A DNA stretch of 64,000 bases from Nitrospirales bacterium. Lineage in GTDB: Bacteria > Nitrospirota > Nitrospiria > Nitrospirales > UBA8639. Positions 48,503 through 59,160 of the stretch are shown piece after piece. The notes under the pieces are model-generated. The model did not search any database. It was not told where the DNA came from and was given only the letters and a program-made list of their open reading frames with translations. The first letter of the stretch is position 1; each line of letters opens with the position of its first letter. The position numbers were made by a program, and so were the translations under genes. Location: the NCBI GenBank assembly GCA_965203295.1, contig CBDBCZ010000016.1, forward strand, positions 704,001 through 768,000, written 5' to 3'.

Positions 48503-50679
48503 AGGTAAGGCCTGGAAGGATTTCACACGTGATACGTGCCGCCAATGACGTCAAAGTCTTCCGGATGTGAAGTTATTACGCGCTGATCGCTCGCGTGATT
48601 CTTTCCATTTCCATGCGTTCGTTTTTCCGACGACTTTACTCACCGTGTAGTCTCTTTGTTGCGAGCTGGGGACCGCGAGATGGCAAGAAGAGGCAACAAA
48701 GTTACCTGGCGTGTACTTTATAGTACCAAAGGATACAGCTAAGCAGCCATATTTGTAGCTACTTGACGCTAGCTTAGCTAGCTAGCTATAGCCTTTAGTG
48801 TTCACGGTTGTACTTTTTCTTTATCATCATACTTTTATTAACATAAAATTTGCCAAAACAGGTTAAAACAACAGTTACATGAAGGTCCACGTGAGGGGCC
48901 ATAGCAAGCACGCCTAAATTTGCGTCGGAGGCAAGCTTAGAACTCCTCAATTCGCCAACTGTTGTCCAAAACGTGAACGGACGGGCGTCTTGCAAATTCA
49001 AATAGTAACCTGGGCACAGAGCTTCTCCTCTTCCAAAACTGCAGCGAGCTTTTGAACGCTTCCAACTTTTCCCCGGGACTTTGGCGCGAGACAAATCGTC
49101 ATCAAGTTTAACCACGCCCATCACGTTATGACGTTGCTGAATTTACAAGATTACAGCCGTGACGTTGGCGGCACGTATCACGTGTGAAATCCTTCCAGGC
49201 CTTACCTCCCGATTTTTCTCCAAGGCTGCGAGATAAAATCTGGGCGTGTAAGGCCTGGGTTCGAAGCTAGTGCGCCGGAATGCTGGCGCATTGTTCTTTT
49301 GCAATTAAACGCGTGACGTCACGTACAATGACTCCGTTTCCGGCGAAAAGTTGGTCTGGCCCGCGAGACTAACCCATGATCAGGTATATGAGCAGCTGTT
49401 CAAGTGTTTTTGTTGGGCGGATTTACTAGATTAGGCTTATAGGGTTGGGGTAGAGTTAGAATAAAGATAAGAATTTCGCTGCGCAGTTTATAAGTTATAT
49501 AGAATGCGCAGAGCGAAAACCCAAAGCAATTTCACAGATTTATAAAAAAAATTATGCTCCCAATTAGCTAACATGTTGTGTAGGCCACTTACGAAGGTCT
49601 TAAAGATCATAATATTTCACTCAAGGACAGACAGACAAACTAATGCGCTTTGCAGTGGCTTATTATAATAGTAGATCCTTTGAGGTAATTACTGGCTCCA
49701 TGTGGCTCAGGCCAGATTCTGTCAGCACTATACTGACACTCACTGCATGGCAGATGCTAACTTTAAACGTCAAGTTGTGTGGTAATTCCATACAACTCGA
49801 GATTACAGAACTTCACCTTTTTTAACATAATTATATCCAGGCAAGTTTGTAACCAACTTTTCTTACTGCAGAGTTGTTCAGCATGCCACTAAAAGAGTAC
49901 TTGCTCTGCACAAACATGAGTGCATGCAAATATAGTTTAGCGAGCGAAGCGAGCTCAACCATACTTGCAAATGTTCGCACTCCATCTCCTTCCATGTTAT
50001 TCGTCAATGACACAGCTATACAAGCAAGCTACATGTGTATTCATGCAGGTTAATCAGAAAAAGCTTTTTTGTCTATTATGCAACACTTCATATCAATTTC
50101 AGCTGCATCCATAGAGGAACCCTAGCTGGTTTACAGCAACCCTTTCATTGTTGTGTAGCTACATCCTGCCGAAACTACGCACAATGTTCTGTACTAATGG
50201 CCTTGTTATAAATTTTTCAACCACGTGTGCATGAAATAGCATGGCAGCATAGCTCTCAGGTTGCATCCAGCCACTGTAGCTTCCTGCACTGGTAAATTTT
50301 CACTTGCTAATGTAACTTGCTTGCACAGAATCTTAAGTTTCACTTTTTTTATTGAGAATACTACTTTTATCTGAGCTAATCCCACACTAGCAAGTTGGCT
50401 CTGCATTTCCATCTGTTTGTATTATGGTACATACACTGAAATTATGAAAGGGTTGTCTTATGGATATACCTATTGTATCAACGCAGCTATTATTGGGTGT
50501 GGGGGTATGCTTTAGACGTTTTGCTGACTGCATGTGGCTGGGAATGGGGGTACCCCCTGAACAAATGAACTGCAAAAAAAAATGGTTGGCATCCAGGTGA
50601 ATGATCTCTATCACGGAGAGCTGAGAGGGGAACTAACCTAGTGGATTGCTTGATCTCCAGTGCTCATATCTGAGCTTAA

Positions 50680-50821
50680 CTCTTTACCAACCAATGACGG
50701 ATATATGCGTCATGAGCTCCCATAAGCCCACAAGAATTTATATGGGGGTTTAATACTAGGCGTTAATACTTTGTACAGGCTTTTCTGCTTCTTTAAGCTG
50801 TTTCTTATGGTTGGTAAAGGG
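50680..50821. mobile_element. piggyBac-like MITE with TTAA TSD
   Basis: TTAA|ctctttaccaacca...tggttggtaaaggg|TTAA. Confidence 0.85.
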
Positions 50822-50925
50822 TTAAAGAGTGGCAACACAAATTCTGCCAACCTGGGAGTTGCAGTAATCCTTACTTCAAAAAACAGCATTATAGACACTC
50901 ACGATTTCTGCCTCGAGCTCGTTCT

Positions 50926-51178
50926 TCAGCAAGAGCTCAATGTCACGTTATATTTGGACCCCCACAAAAATAACGTACCCGTGGAACAAGTTCTGTATGC
51001 ATGTATGTGTACACCATCAGCCACTGTTTGCTTGTCAATTACGACAGTGTTGGGATCACACTTGATGACTTCAGTTAACAGCCTCACTGAACTGATGTTT
51101 CCCAGTGCACAAGCACAAAGCAATTGTGTTTCTATATTCATGTCTTAAGCGATGACTTTGGACAACACTTCTGCATTC
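50926..51178 (-). pseudogene. Possible ankyrin-repeat exon remnant
   Basis: QLLCACALGNISSVRLLTEVIKCDPN resembles one ankyrin repeat. There is an upstream CAG acceptor but an in-frame TAA lies between it and the motif. Confidence 0.35.
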
Positions 51179-51754
51179 CTGCAGCAGCACTGTAATAATA
51201 AAATTATTATTGTGATCAGCAACCTCAAATAACAGACTTGCATATGATTTAGTGTCATTGATAAGGCTTCTAATATAGCCATACCTAACTCAATCACATT
51301 TCAGCACTACAGGTAGTTAATGGCTACTGCCGGAATAAAATATGACCCTGATTACTTGCATGAGGCAAAACCTGGGAAGCCGGGCATATGACAAACAGAA
51401 GGTACCAGGCCACTAATCCCCCCCCCCCCTCCCACCATAAAAAATTGTGAAATATTTGAACCCCTAGAACGTGTATTTCAGTGATATACTGAAGTACATG
51501 AACCCTCTTTGACAGTATATATACCCCCTAGGTTTGTACAGTATGCTCAAAGAGTCAGATATCCGGACAAGTCTTCTGCATAGTTTCAGCAAAGGAAACT
51601 AACTAGTGTAGCTTCTTTGGACACAATGATCAATGGATGTGAACTGGAATTTGTTTCCTCTTCTGTTTTTTTAAGATGCACTTTGATAACTGATTGATTG
51701 GCTTCTAATCACCATCCACTGCAGCTATTTACAGAAATTGACAGTGACTACACA

Positions 51755-52073
51755 TCAAAGCAGTGGCAGCTAGGGAGCTAGAGCCTGTGTAGTAATACAT
51801 TCTGTTTATTAAGCCTGTAGTATATTTTATTACTCAAGTGTAGTGTTATAGATATCATTTTCCTTCCTTGCAGCTGTTTAGTAGCCTCGAACCCAGCCGT
51901 CCCAGCTTTTTTTCGCTGCGAAAAAAAGCTGGGACGGCTGGGTTCGAGGCTAGCTGTTTAGTGCTCGACTAGTTAGTGGATTGAACCCCCTGCTAAGCAA
52001 AGATGGCACAAATGGCACACGAGACAGTCGTTCTTTTGCAGGACTAAATCTAATTCATCTTTTGCGGCCTTAA
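51755..52073 (+). pseudogene. Diverged paralogous copy of the RNF213-like intron/exon at about 37323-37485
   Basis: tcaaagcagtg...gggagctagagcctgt...tgtttattaagcctgta...CAG|ctgttt aligns with 37323-37485. It reads LFSARLVSGLNPLLS versus LFNARLINGLNPLLS, is interrupted by a MITE and ends in a stop codon. Confidence 0.8.
51882..51952. mobile_element. 71-bp perfect-hairpin MITE, 9-bp TSD
   Basis: gctgtttag|tagcctcgaacccagccgtcccagctttttttcgc-t-gcgaaaaaaagctgggacggctgggttcgaggcta|gctgtttag. Confidence 0.95.
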
Positions 52074-53259
52074 TGTTTTATTCATTCTTGCTGTATTTCG
52101 CTCTATTCACTGTGTGCTGGCTGCTCAATAGAAAAACAAATTGTACGCTGTTTCTTTCAAGATCAGGCAGTATCCCAAAGGGACTTTGATGCTGCTGTTC
52201 CACACAGAGTCCTGTACCCAGAAGAGTATATATCATGAACTACTATTATTTTGCAATAATATGTACATGCAAATATAACATGTCATGTATTAAATTATTT
52301 TTGTCTCAATTTTCTACTTTAGAAACTTATACTATAAATCCTGTACTATTGTGGAAATCATTCTGTCCAGTTTAATTAGGCTAATTAGCTTGTTAAAGAC
52401 TGAGTCAGCAACACTTACTACATGCGCAAAGCACAACATTGGTCCTTATATACTACTCATTAATAGTTGAATGCGTGCTTCTTATATGGCCGTGCATGTT
52501 TCCACAGCTTAGACTATGTAGTAGAATACAATATTGACACTGCTGATGTCAGGCAATGAGGGCTCCTCTTCCAGGTATGTAGAATAGAAGCATAAACGCC
52601 ATGGGCACATCTATGCGCCCATATAATTTTAAAATAGAAAAAATCGTGTAAACGCCTAAAATAAAAAGGCCAATAATAAATTCACATTACCCTTACGATA
52701 GTGCATACATAACAGTCAGGGTTTCATCCAGTGCATGGGAGTGACAGGGGATCGAAGCTCCCCCTCAAAAAGCAAAGCTTCCCTCCAAACACATCAAGCA
52801 ATGATTAAGAAACCTCATAATATTATTAACAAGCTAAGTTTCATGTCACCGAAGCTCCGGATCCTCTCTAGAGTAGCCTCAGAAGCCACCAGATGGAGGC
52901 AGTGAAAAGTTAGTCTTGCACATGAGACTACTTGATGTGGTCGTGCTAAGCACTCTCACGTGCTCGAACATGAGTACAGCTCTGTCCCCCCAAAATACAT
53001 GTATATCCTTGATGAAACCATGACGGTGTGTTCAAAGAGCATGTAAGGTTGGAATCACAAAGTATTAAAGTAACCAAAAAGGACACCACGAAACTTTCAA
53101 AAACATTATCATCCTTACATCTTGTCAATACACACACACACCACAATTGACAAAGTTGCTGCTTGAGTAACTAGGAACTCTGGCATAAAGTAATTTCCAG
53201 TTCACATAATTTATTACAACAATATTATGTATAGAGAAAGTCAATCAGCATCTGTACAG

Positions 53260-56223
53260 TTACACCATGGTGACAATCACCTTCCCTCGTGTGTGTCCAC
53301 TTTCAACGTGTTTGTGTGCAGACACGATCTCGTCCAGTGCATACACAGCAGCAATGAGGGGGCGAATCTCCCCTCGCTCCACCATTCCCCGCACTTCCTC
53401 AAGGGCCTCTGCATTTGGCTCTGCTATGGAGTAGTAGAAAGCCCTGCCGTAGAACAGCCGATTCATCGCGACCTTGAAGCGATAGAACCACGAGAACAAC
53501 AGACCTCCACAGAACGTACCAAACCTTGTGATGAGGTACAATTTTGGAGACCGTATGCTGACGTAAACACCGTTCCCGAAGCACTTCAACACACTCAGAG
53601 AAGGTCTTTCGTACACATAACCAACTGTGTCAAACACAACATCGTACCCCTTCAGGGTTGTGGCGAAACTTCCCGTTGTGTAGTCGATAGCATTGTCGGC
53701 TCCAAGACGATGTGCGAGGGAGATATTGCTGGTGGAGCAGGTAGTGGTGACTTCTGCACCCCAGGCCTTCAGCAGCTGGATCGCAAACGAGCCAACACCT
53801 CCGGTTCCAGCATGCACGAGGACCCGTTTCCCCCTTGCATTACCTCTGTTGAGACCGCCCAGCTGGACCAGTGCAGTCCACGTAGTGACAGCAACCCACG
53901 GGAGGGAGGCTGCTTCACGGTGATCCACGTTGCAGGGCTTGAATGCCAGCTCACTCTCTCTCATGGTGACATACTCGGCATGGGTGCCTTGGCGTGCGAA
54001 CGAGACAGCCCCGTACACAAGATCTCCCGGCAAGAACTTCTTCACGTTGTCCCCTACTGCAACCACCTCGCCAGAGCAGTCTCGCCCGACAATCAGCGGA
54101 AAGAACTTCTTCCTGGTCATTCGAGAAATTCTGCGAAAGAAATTTGCGCCATAGCCCCGTCTCATGCCCAAGTCAATTGGGTTAATGGATGCAGCATGGA
54201 CTCGAACTAGGACATCATCCGGATGAAACTCGCCCACGAATCGAGGGTCGATTTGAAGGACTTCGTCGGAACCTCCAAACGTGTTGCAGATGGCAGCCTT
54301 GTGGCGGGAATACTGCTGCTGGAATTGGGGTGCTCTTTGGGTGTGAAGGCCTCTTAGCAGCCAGAACACCCCTAGTCCAATACACACTAAGCTCTTGATG
54401 GGTAACTCGGTGTATTTGAACAGTAGGAAAGAGGTACCAGCGCTGGTCACTGCATCACGGAGGAGAGTCGGAGGCTGCTGATGTGACACAGGGTGGGGTG
54501 AACTCGAAGGGATCCTCTTTGGTGGTGTGTCACCAACTACGGTGCTGACAATCTTCTTGGCTTCTAGCGAGCTAGGCTGGCAGTCCGACCTCCACGCTAC
54601 CACACCATCAGGACGAACAAGGAAGTACTTTCGATCATAGCAGGCCACGAGCTCTGGAAGCTTGGGGTAGGTGTACGTCTCATAGGGCAAGCCCCTGGTC
54701 CTCATTTCTGCCTTGAGGTCATCCAGATTACTCTCCTCTCCTCCAATGGTCAGTAAAACAAACTGCTTTCCGAATAGGTCAAGGATTGTGGCACAGTCCG
54801 GCAGTGCTACGTGAGGGGCGCGGCAACCAGGCAGCGAGGAAGGTACAAACCTTGTTCTGGTGCTGGCATTCAGCTTGACCTTGCCAAAGGAGTCGTACTC
54901 GTGCTTGATCACAGGGGAGTTGATGTACTGGAAGCCGAGGACAATATCGATCCCCAGGGTGACCTGAGCATTCAAGGATCTTCCCATCACACGACCAAGT
55001 ACGAAACGGGTCAACGGGTTGGAAACTAGGAACGGCAGTATCTTCAGTCTAAATTCCTCCATGCCCTCTGTACCACCAATAGAGAGAGCAAACCGTCGGG
55101 CAATATCAGCCATTCGCATGCGCTCAACCTGGTAAGAATTAAGCAGATACGGACCACCGAATCCCTTCAATACGGCTTCCAATTTCCAGGCAAGGTCAGC
55201 AACGTCGCTCAGCCCGGTATTCATTCCCAAGCCACCAGCGGGGAGCCATTGGTGGGCACTGTCACCGGCCAAAAAGCAACGATCTTCCTGGTACTTCGTG
55301 GAGACGAGGGCGTGCATGTTGTAGCCTGAGGCTGCAACTACTGTGTGGGGTAGGTTTACACCCACGGCATTGACTATGCAGCGAGAGGCATTGCGAACAT
55401 ATTCCTGGAGGACCTCGTCACTGGTGTTTGGGGGAAGTACAACATGGAGAGCAAAGTCCGCATTGGCGTTTAGCGTGATCAGAAATCCGGACCCTTTCTT
55501 GCTGACAACCACACAAAACCCCAACTGATCTCTTTCCTTCATCCGCGTATAGAGCTCTGTAGACTTGAAAGTGATGCTACATGCTCTGACAATCACAAAC
55601 TCACCGTACGTGTGGATTCCAAGCTGCTTTCGAATCGGGCTAGACCCTCCATCACATGCAACGAGGTACTTTGCTTTGAAGACTTTTTCCGAAGGATCAT
55701 TTTCAGAGCTGGCACTACAGACTGCTCGAATTGTGACTCCATTCTCGTCCTGAGCTAGCGACATCACTTCCCAGCCCCAAAACGTCTTAACATTGGAGCA
55801 AGCCTCGATATGCTCCTTCAGCACTGGCTCAAGGGCAGTCTGTGGGCACACCATAGGGATGGCAACAGACGCCCCAGGGTGATGGAACAGGAACGTTTTC
55901 CCCGGAATACCATCCACAATCTCCCCCCAAGACGCAAACTTCTTCCTCCACATCATTGAACCACCTAAGACGCTTGTTCGAACCGAAGCGTTAAATGACA
56001 TGTCTCTTGGATAAGCCGCATCCATCACTTTTTGCTGTAGCCCAAGCCTTCGGTAGTGCTCCATGGTTCGTGAGCTGACGTAAGCAGCCTTGGCAAGGAC
56101 AGAGGTTGATGTTTTCTTCTCGACCACAATGGACTTTATGCCTCGGTAGGACAGTTCGGCAGCCATTGTGAGACCCACGGGGCCGCCGCCCACAATCAAC
56201 ACATCTGTCTCCTCACTTGCCAT
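53260..56223 (-). CDS. Intronless 987-aa fusion: group A FAD-dependent aromatic-ring monooxygenase (PheA/TfdB/RdmE-like, with C-terminal thioredoxin-like domain), hydrophobic linker, then RTN4IP1-like NADPH quinone oxidoreductase (zinc-free MDR)
   Basis: Monooxygenase motifs: DVLIVGGGPVGL, YLVACDGGSSPIR, FLAGDSAHQWLPAGGLGMNTG..D..DLAWKL, SYQVER, PGCRAPH, LVRPDGVVAW. MDR motifs: VRVHAASINPID.GMRRGYG, FPLIVGRDCSGEV, QGTHAEY, EAASLPWV, HAGTGGVG, GHTRGKVIV. Kozak context CCACCATGG; AATAAA at 53215-53210. Confidence 0.93.
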   Translation of the reverse strand: MASEETDVLIVGGGPVGLTMAAELSYRGIKSIVVEKKTSTSVLAKAAYVSSRTMEHYRRLGLQQKVMDAAYPRDMSFNASVRTSVLGGSMMWRKKFASWGEIVDGIPGKTFLFHHPGASVAIPMVCPQTALEPVLKEHIEACSNVKTFWGWEVMSLAQDENGVTIRAVCSASSENDPSEKVFKAKYLVACDGGSSPIRKQLGIHTYGEFVIVRACSITFKSTELYTRMKERDQLGFCVVVSKKGSGFLITLNANADFALHVVLPPNTSDEVLQEYVRNASRCIVNAVGVNLPHTVVAASGYNMHALVSTKYQEDRCFLAGDSAHQWLPAGGLGMNTGLSDVADLAWKLEAVLKGFGGPYLLNSYQVERMRMADIARRFALSIGGTEGMEEFRLKILPFLVSNPLTRFVLGRVMGRSLNAQVTLGIDIVLGFQYINSPVIKHEYDSFGKVKLNASTRTRFVPSSLPGCRAPHVALPDCATILDLFGKQFVLLTIGGEESNLDDLKAEMRTRGLPYETYTYPKLPELVACYDRKYFLVRPDGVVAWRSDCQPSSLEAKKIVSTVVGDTPPKRIPSSSPHPVSHQQPPTLLRDAVTSAGTSFLLFKYTELPIKSLVCIGLGVFWLLRGLHTQRAPQFQQQYSRHKAAICNTFGGSDEVLQIDPRFVGEFHPDDVLVRVHAASINPIDLGMRRGYGANFFRRISRMTRKKFFPLIVGRDCSGEVVAVGDNVKKFLPGDLVYGAVSFARQGTHAEYVTMRESELAFKPCNVDHREAASLPWVAVTTWTALVQLGGLNRGNARGKRVLVHAGTGGVGSFAIQLLKAWGAEVTTTCSTSNISLAHRLGADNAIDYTTGSFATTLKGYDVVFDTVGYVYERPSLSVLKCFGNGVYVSIRSPKLYLITRFGTFCGGLLFSWFYRFKVAMNRLFYGRAFYYSIAEPNAEALEEVRGMVERGEIRPLIAAVYALDEIVSAHKHVESGHTRGKVIVTMV

Positions 56224-56958
56224 GGTGGGGGTTAACGTCTTTGTTTAACTGCTTTCAATAGCTGGTTACCAGCAGTGTTGCGATAGCTGGGAAAAGGGAA
56301 AATGATAGTGATACAGGATCTTATCATTTGGGAGGATGAACAAGTTTGAATATTCAATTAGGACAGCTTGCCCGGTGCACCAAGCTCAACAGTCAAGTTG
56401 GAAGCAAAAGTAGTTTTTGCATGAAACTACCTTCATGGCAAATCGCACTGTACGCACATGTACGTATGGTTTCTGTCGCTTGTGAAACAAAAACGACAAT
56501 TCTGGTATAATTTTAATAATAAACCATGGATGATGGTGGGCAAATAAATTTATGAGGTATGGCACTTTTCAGTAGGCTTTAATGCGCATTTAGGCCTATC
56601 AATATTACACAACACTTACGAGTAATTCGTTGATACTCAGGCGGCCACGCTGCTCGCTTGTGCGATGCTTAGCGCTTGCTTGCTACGCCAGACTAGCCGC
56701 TCGCATGCATAGATCTACAGTCGAATTAATTAATAATTAATTAACTCTCTGGGCACGCACGTGCATATTATGCATGGCGCGTGGTCTGGATCCTGCCTTT
56801 TATTTTGTCATCGTAGCTGATTAAGAGATGGTTTCTCTCAGTGTGCACGGATTCCTGCCGACTATATCCTTCATCCTTGGCTCTGTAAGGTAAGATATTT
56901 GGTACTATTAAGCTCCATGCTATCTATATCCTTCATGCAGTGTAGGAGGTATCAAATT

Positions 56959-57131
56959 ATATGATTATTCACAGCTAGTACCTGGGTTGATAGCATGCAG
57001 GCAGGGAAAATGATTGGTTTACTGAAACAATGGGCAATTCTAGTGAATGAGTACCAGGATCAAATCGGAGAATGGCACCTCAGGGGCGTGGCGGCACTAG
57101 CGGAAGTCATGTGACCTAACCCTAAGCCTTC
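56959..57131 (+). repeat. About 175-bp near-identical direct repeat, copy 1
   Basis: tatgattattcacagct...gcggaagtcatgtgacct.accct.agccttcc is repeated at 62581. Confidence 0.9.
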
Positions 57132-57284
57132 CGACTTGACATGATGCCACTTTAACTTGATTTGCAGTTTTACGGGGCCTGACTGACCCCCAAATTTTTT
57201 TCTAAATGCAATAAAAATCATGTAGTTTAAAATTATGCGCATGCACGAGGAACCTTGAGGAGAGGAGTCTCAGTGAGGGGGAGG

Positions 57285-58465
57285 AGTCTCGTGCCCAGAC
57301 GGTCACTCCTCCCCCTCACTGAAACGGTCTGGCGACTCAAGTCCAAAAGGTCGTTTCAATGGTTACGATGTGTGCAGAGTAATGAGTGGTTTAATTGCAG
57401 TTAGTGAAGTAGTTTAGGCTTCAAATCTGTATAAGAACTAGCCTCGTGCCCAGGCTCATTGCGTGGGGGAAAGTTGAGCCTGGTACACACTGTTCGCGCA
57501 TGCGCAAGAATTTACGAAAAAGAGTCAGTAAACGTATCCGTGAATGACCTCAGCCACGTGGTAAGGAGTAGTACGAAGCAGCATGCATGTATAGTAAGCG
57601 GAAGAACTAGAAACTAGCTCATTCTGCCTTTTCGAACCTCAGAAAGCTTTAAAACCAGTTTAAAAATAGCAATAAGACCGGTACCTTTCTATCCGCTAGG
57701 ATTATGGTATATGTCTTACCGCCAAAATTCGGAAGCGCCTCCATTTTTGTAGTGGCTCGATTTTCGATCGCAGATCTGGTCTTCTAAGCCTTTCAGAAGC
57801 AAACGGGATCGAAGAATCAAACTAGCAATCACTCTCTAGGCATCTACAAAGCTTAAAAATGCTCCCAGGCGCATATAACTCGCCAACTACTCTAGTGCAA
57901 CGGACGGTGATATGATGATAAACGGATAATATTACGCTGTAGTATCCACTAGTTTCCAAGCCCCCAGAAATCCTGGGGGAACTGAGCATGCGCAAACAGT
58001 GAGTACCAGGCTCAACTTTCCTCCCACGCAATGAGCCTGGGCACGAGGCTATATAAGAACTTACTCCTGTCTCTACAAGGATCGTTTGTACGCCAATCTT
58101 GTCTGAAAACTAGCCACAGTACTGTACAGAATGGCAACATGAACAAGGTACGGTAACTTGCCGTTCAAAGCTACTACCACAAGTTGCTTCTTTCGTAAGC
58201 CCTGCTTTTGACGACATTATGGTTATCTAGCCTTCCAACCTGCATAAAGAACAGTATCGATAGCCAGCTGATTCAAACGGCTGTCTAACTCTGCCCAAAA
58301 CAGCCAACATCGCTTTTTCTTCAACCGTATTAGCATTCTTTTGTGTAATAATACTGCAATCTCATTGGATCTGCCTGGAATGCTAGCGGGCGAAACTACC
58401 TTTTGGACTTCGGTCACCAGGCAGTTTCAGTAAGGGGGCGGAGTGACGGTCTGGGCATGAGACTA
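57285..58465. mobile_element. TAGTCTCG-family TIR element hosting a nested MITE
   Basis: agtctcgtgcccagacggtcactcc...actgaaac is mirrored by gtttcagt...ggagtgacggtctgggcatgagacta. TSD not clear. Confidence 0.7.
57439..58051. mobile_element. 613-bp TAGCCTCG-family MITE, about 65-bp TIRs, 9-bp TSD
   Basis: tataagaac|tagcctcgtgcccaggctcattgcgtggg...cccacgcaatgagcctgggcacgaggcta|tataagaac. Confidence 0.95.
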
Positions 58466-58480
58466 GGCAGGGAGGGCATA

Positions 58481-59160
58481 GAGGTCTGGGTATGAGAGTG
58501 GAGGTCTGGGTATGAGAGTGGAGGTCTGGGTATGAGAGTGGAGGTCTGGGTATGAGAGTGGAGGTCTGGGTATGAGAGTGGAGGTCTGGGTATGAGAATG
58601 GAGGTCTGGGTATGAGACTGGAGGTCTGGGTATGAGAGTGGAGGTCTGGGTATGAGAGTGGAGGTCTGGGTATGAGAATGAAGGTCTGGGTATGAGAGTG
58701 GAGGTCTGAGTATGAGAATGGAGGTCTGGGTATGAGACTGGAGGTCTGGGTATGAGGGTGGAGGTCTGGGTATGAGAGTGGAGGTCTGGGTATGAGAATG
58801 AAGGTCTGGGTATGAGAGTGGAGGTCTGAGTATGAGAGTGGAGGTCTGGGTATGAGACTGGAGGTCTGGGTATGAGAATGGAGGTCTGGGTATGAGACTG
58901 GAGGTCTGGGTATGAGAGTGGAGGTCTGGGTATGAGACTGGAGGTCTGGGTATGAGACTTGAGGTCTGGGTATGAGAGTGGAGGTCTGGGTATGAGAGTG
59001 GAGGTCTGGGTATGAGAGTGGAGGTCTGGGTATGAGGGTGGAGGTCTGGGTATGAGACTGGAGGTCTGGGTATGAGAGTGGAGGTCTGGGTATGAGGGTG
59101 GAGGTCTGGGTATGAGAGTGGAGGTCTGGGTATGAGAGTGGAGGTCTGGGTATGAGACTA
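58481..59160. repeat. Minisatellite, 34 x 20 bp (gaggtctgggtatgagagtg)
   Basis: Exact 20-bp period over 680 bp; the last unit ends tatgagacta. Confidence 0.97.

Larger units (their letters stand above)
44942..49269. mobile_element. Middle element of the nested cluster (TAGCCTCG termini, long TIRs, 9-bp TSD)
   Basis: tagcctcgaacccaggccttacacgcccagattttatctcgcagccttggagaaaaatcgggaggtaaggc is mirrored at about 49197-49269; perfect TSD gtgcgccgg. Confidence 0.92.
44851..49371. mobile_element. Outer MITE of the nested cluster (TAGTCTCG termini, 9-bp TSD)
   Basis: tagtctcgcgggccagac..acttttcgccg / cggcgaaaagttggtctggcccgcgagacta; TSD atccatgat / acccatgat. Confidence 0.85.

Noticed and set aside
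53227..54210. 327-aa + strand ORF
   Set aside because: Antisense shadow of the MDR domain, with no recognisable motifs.
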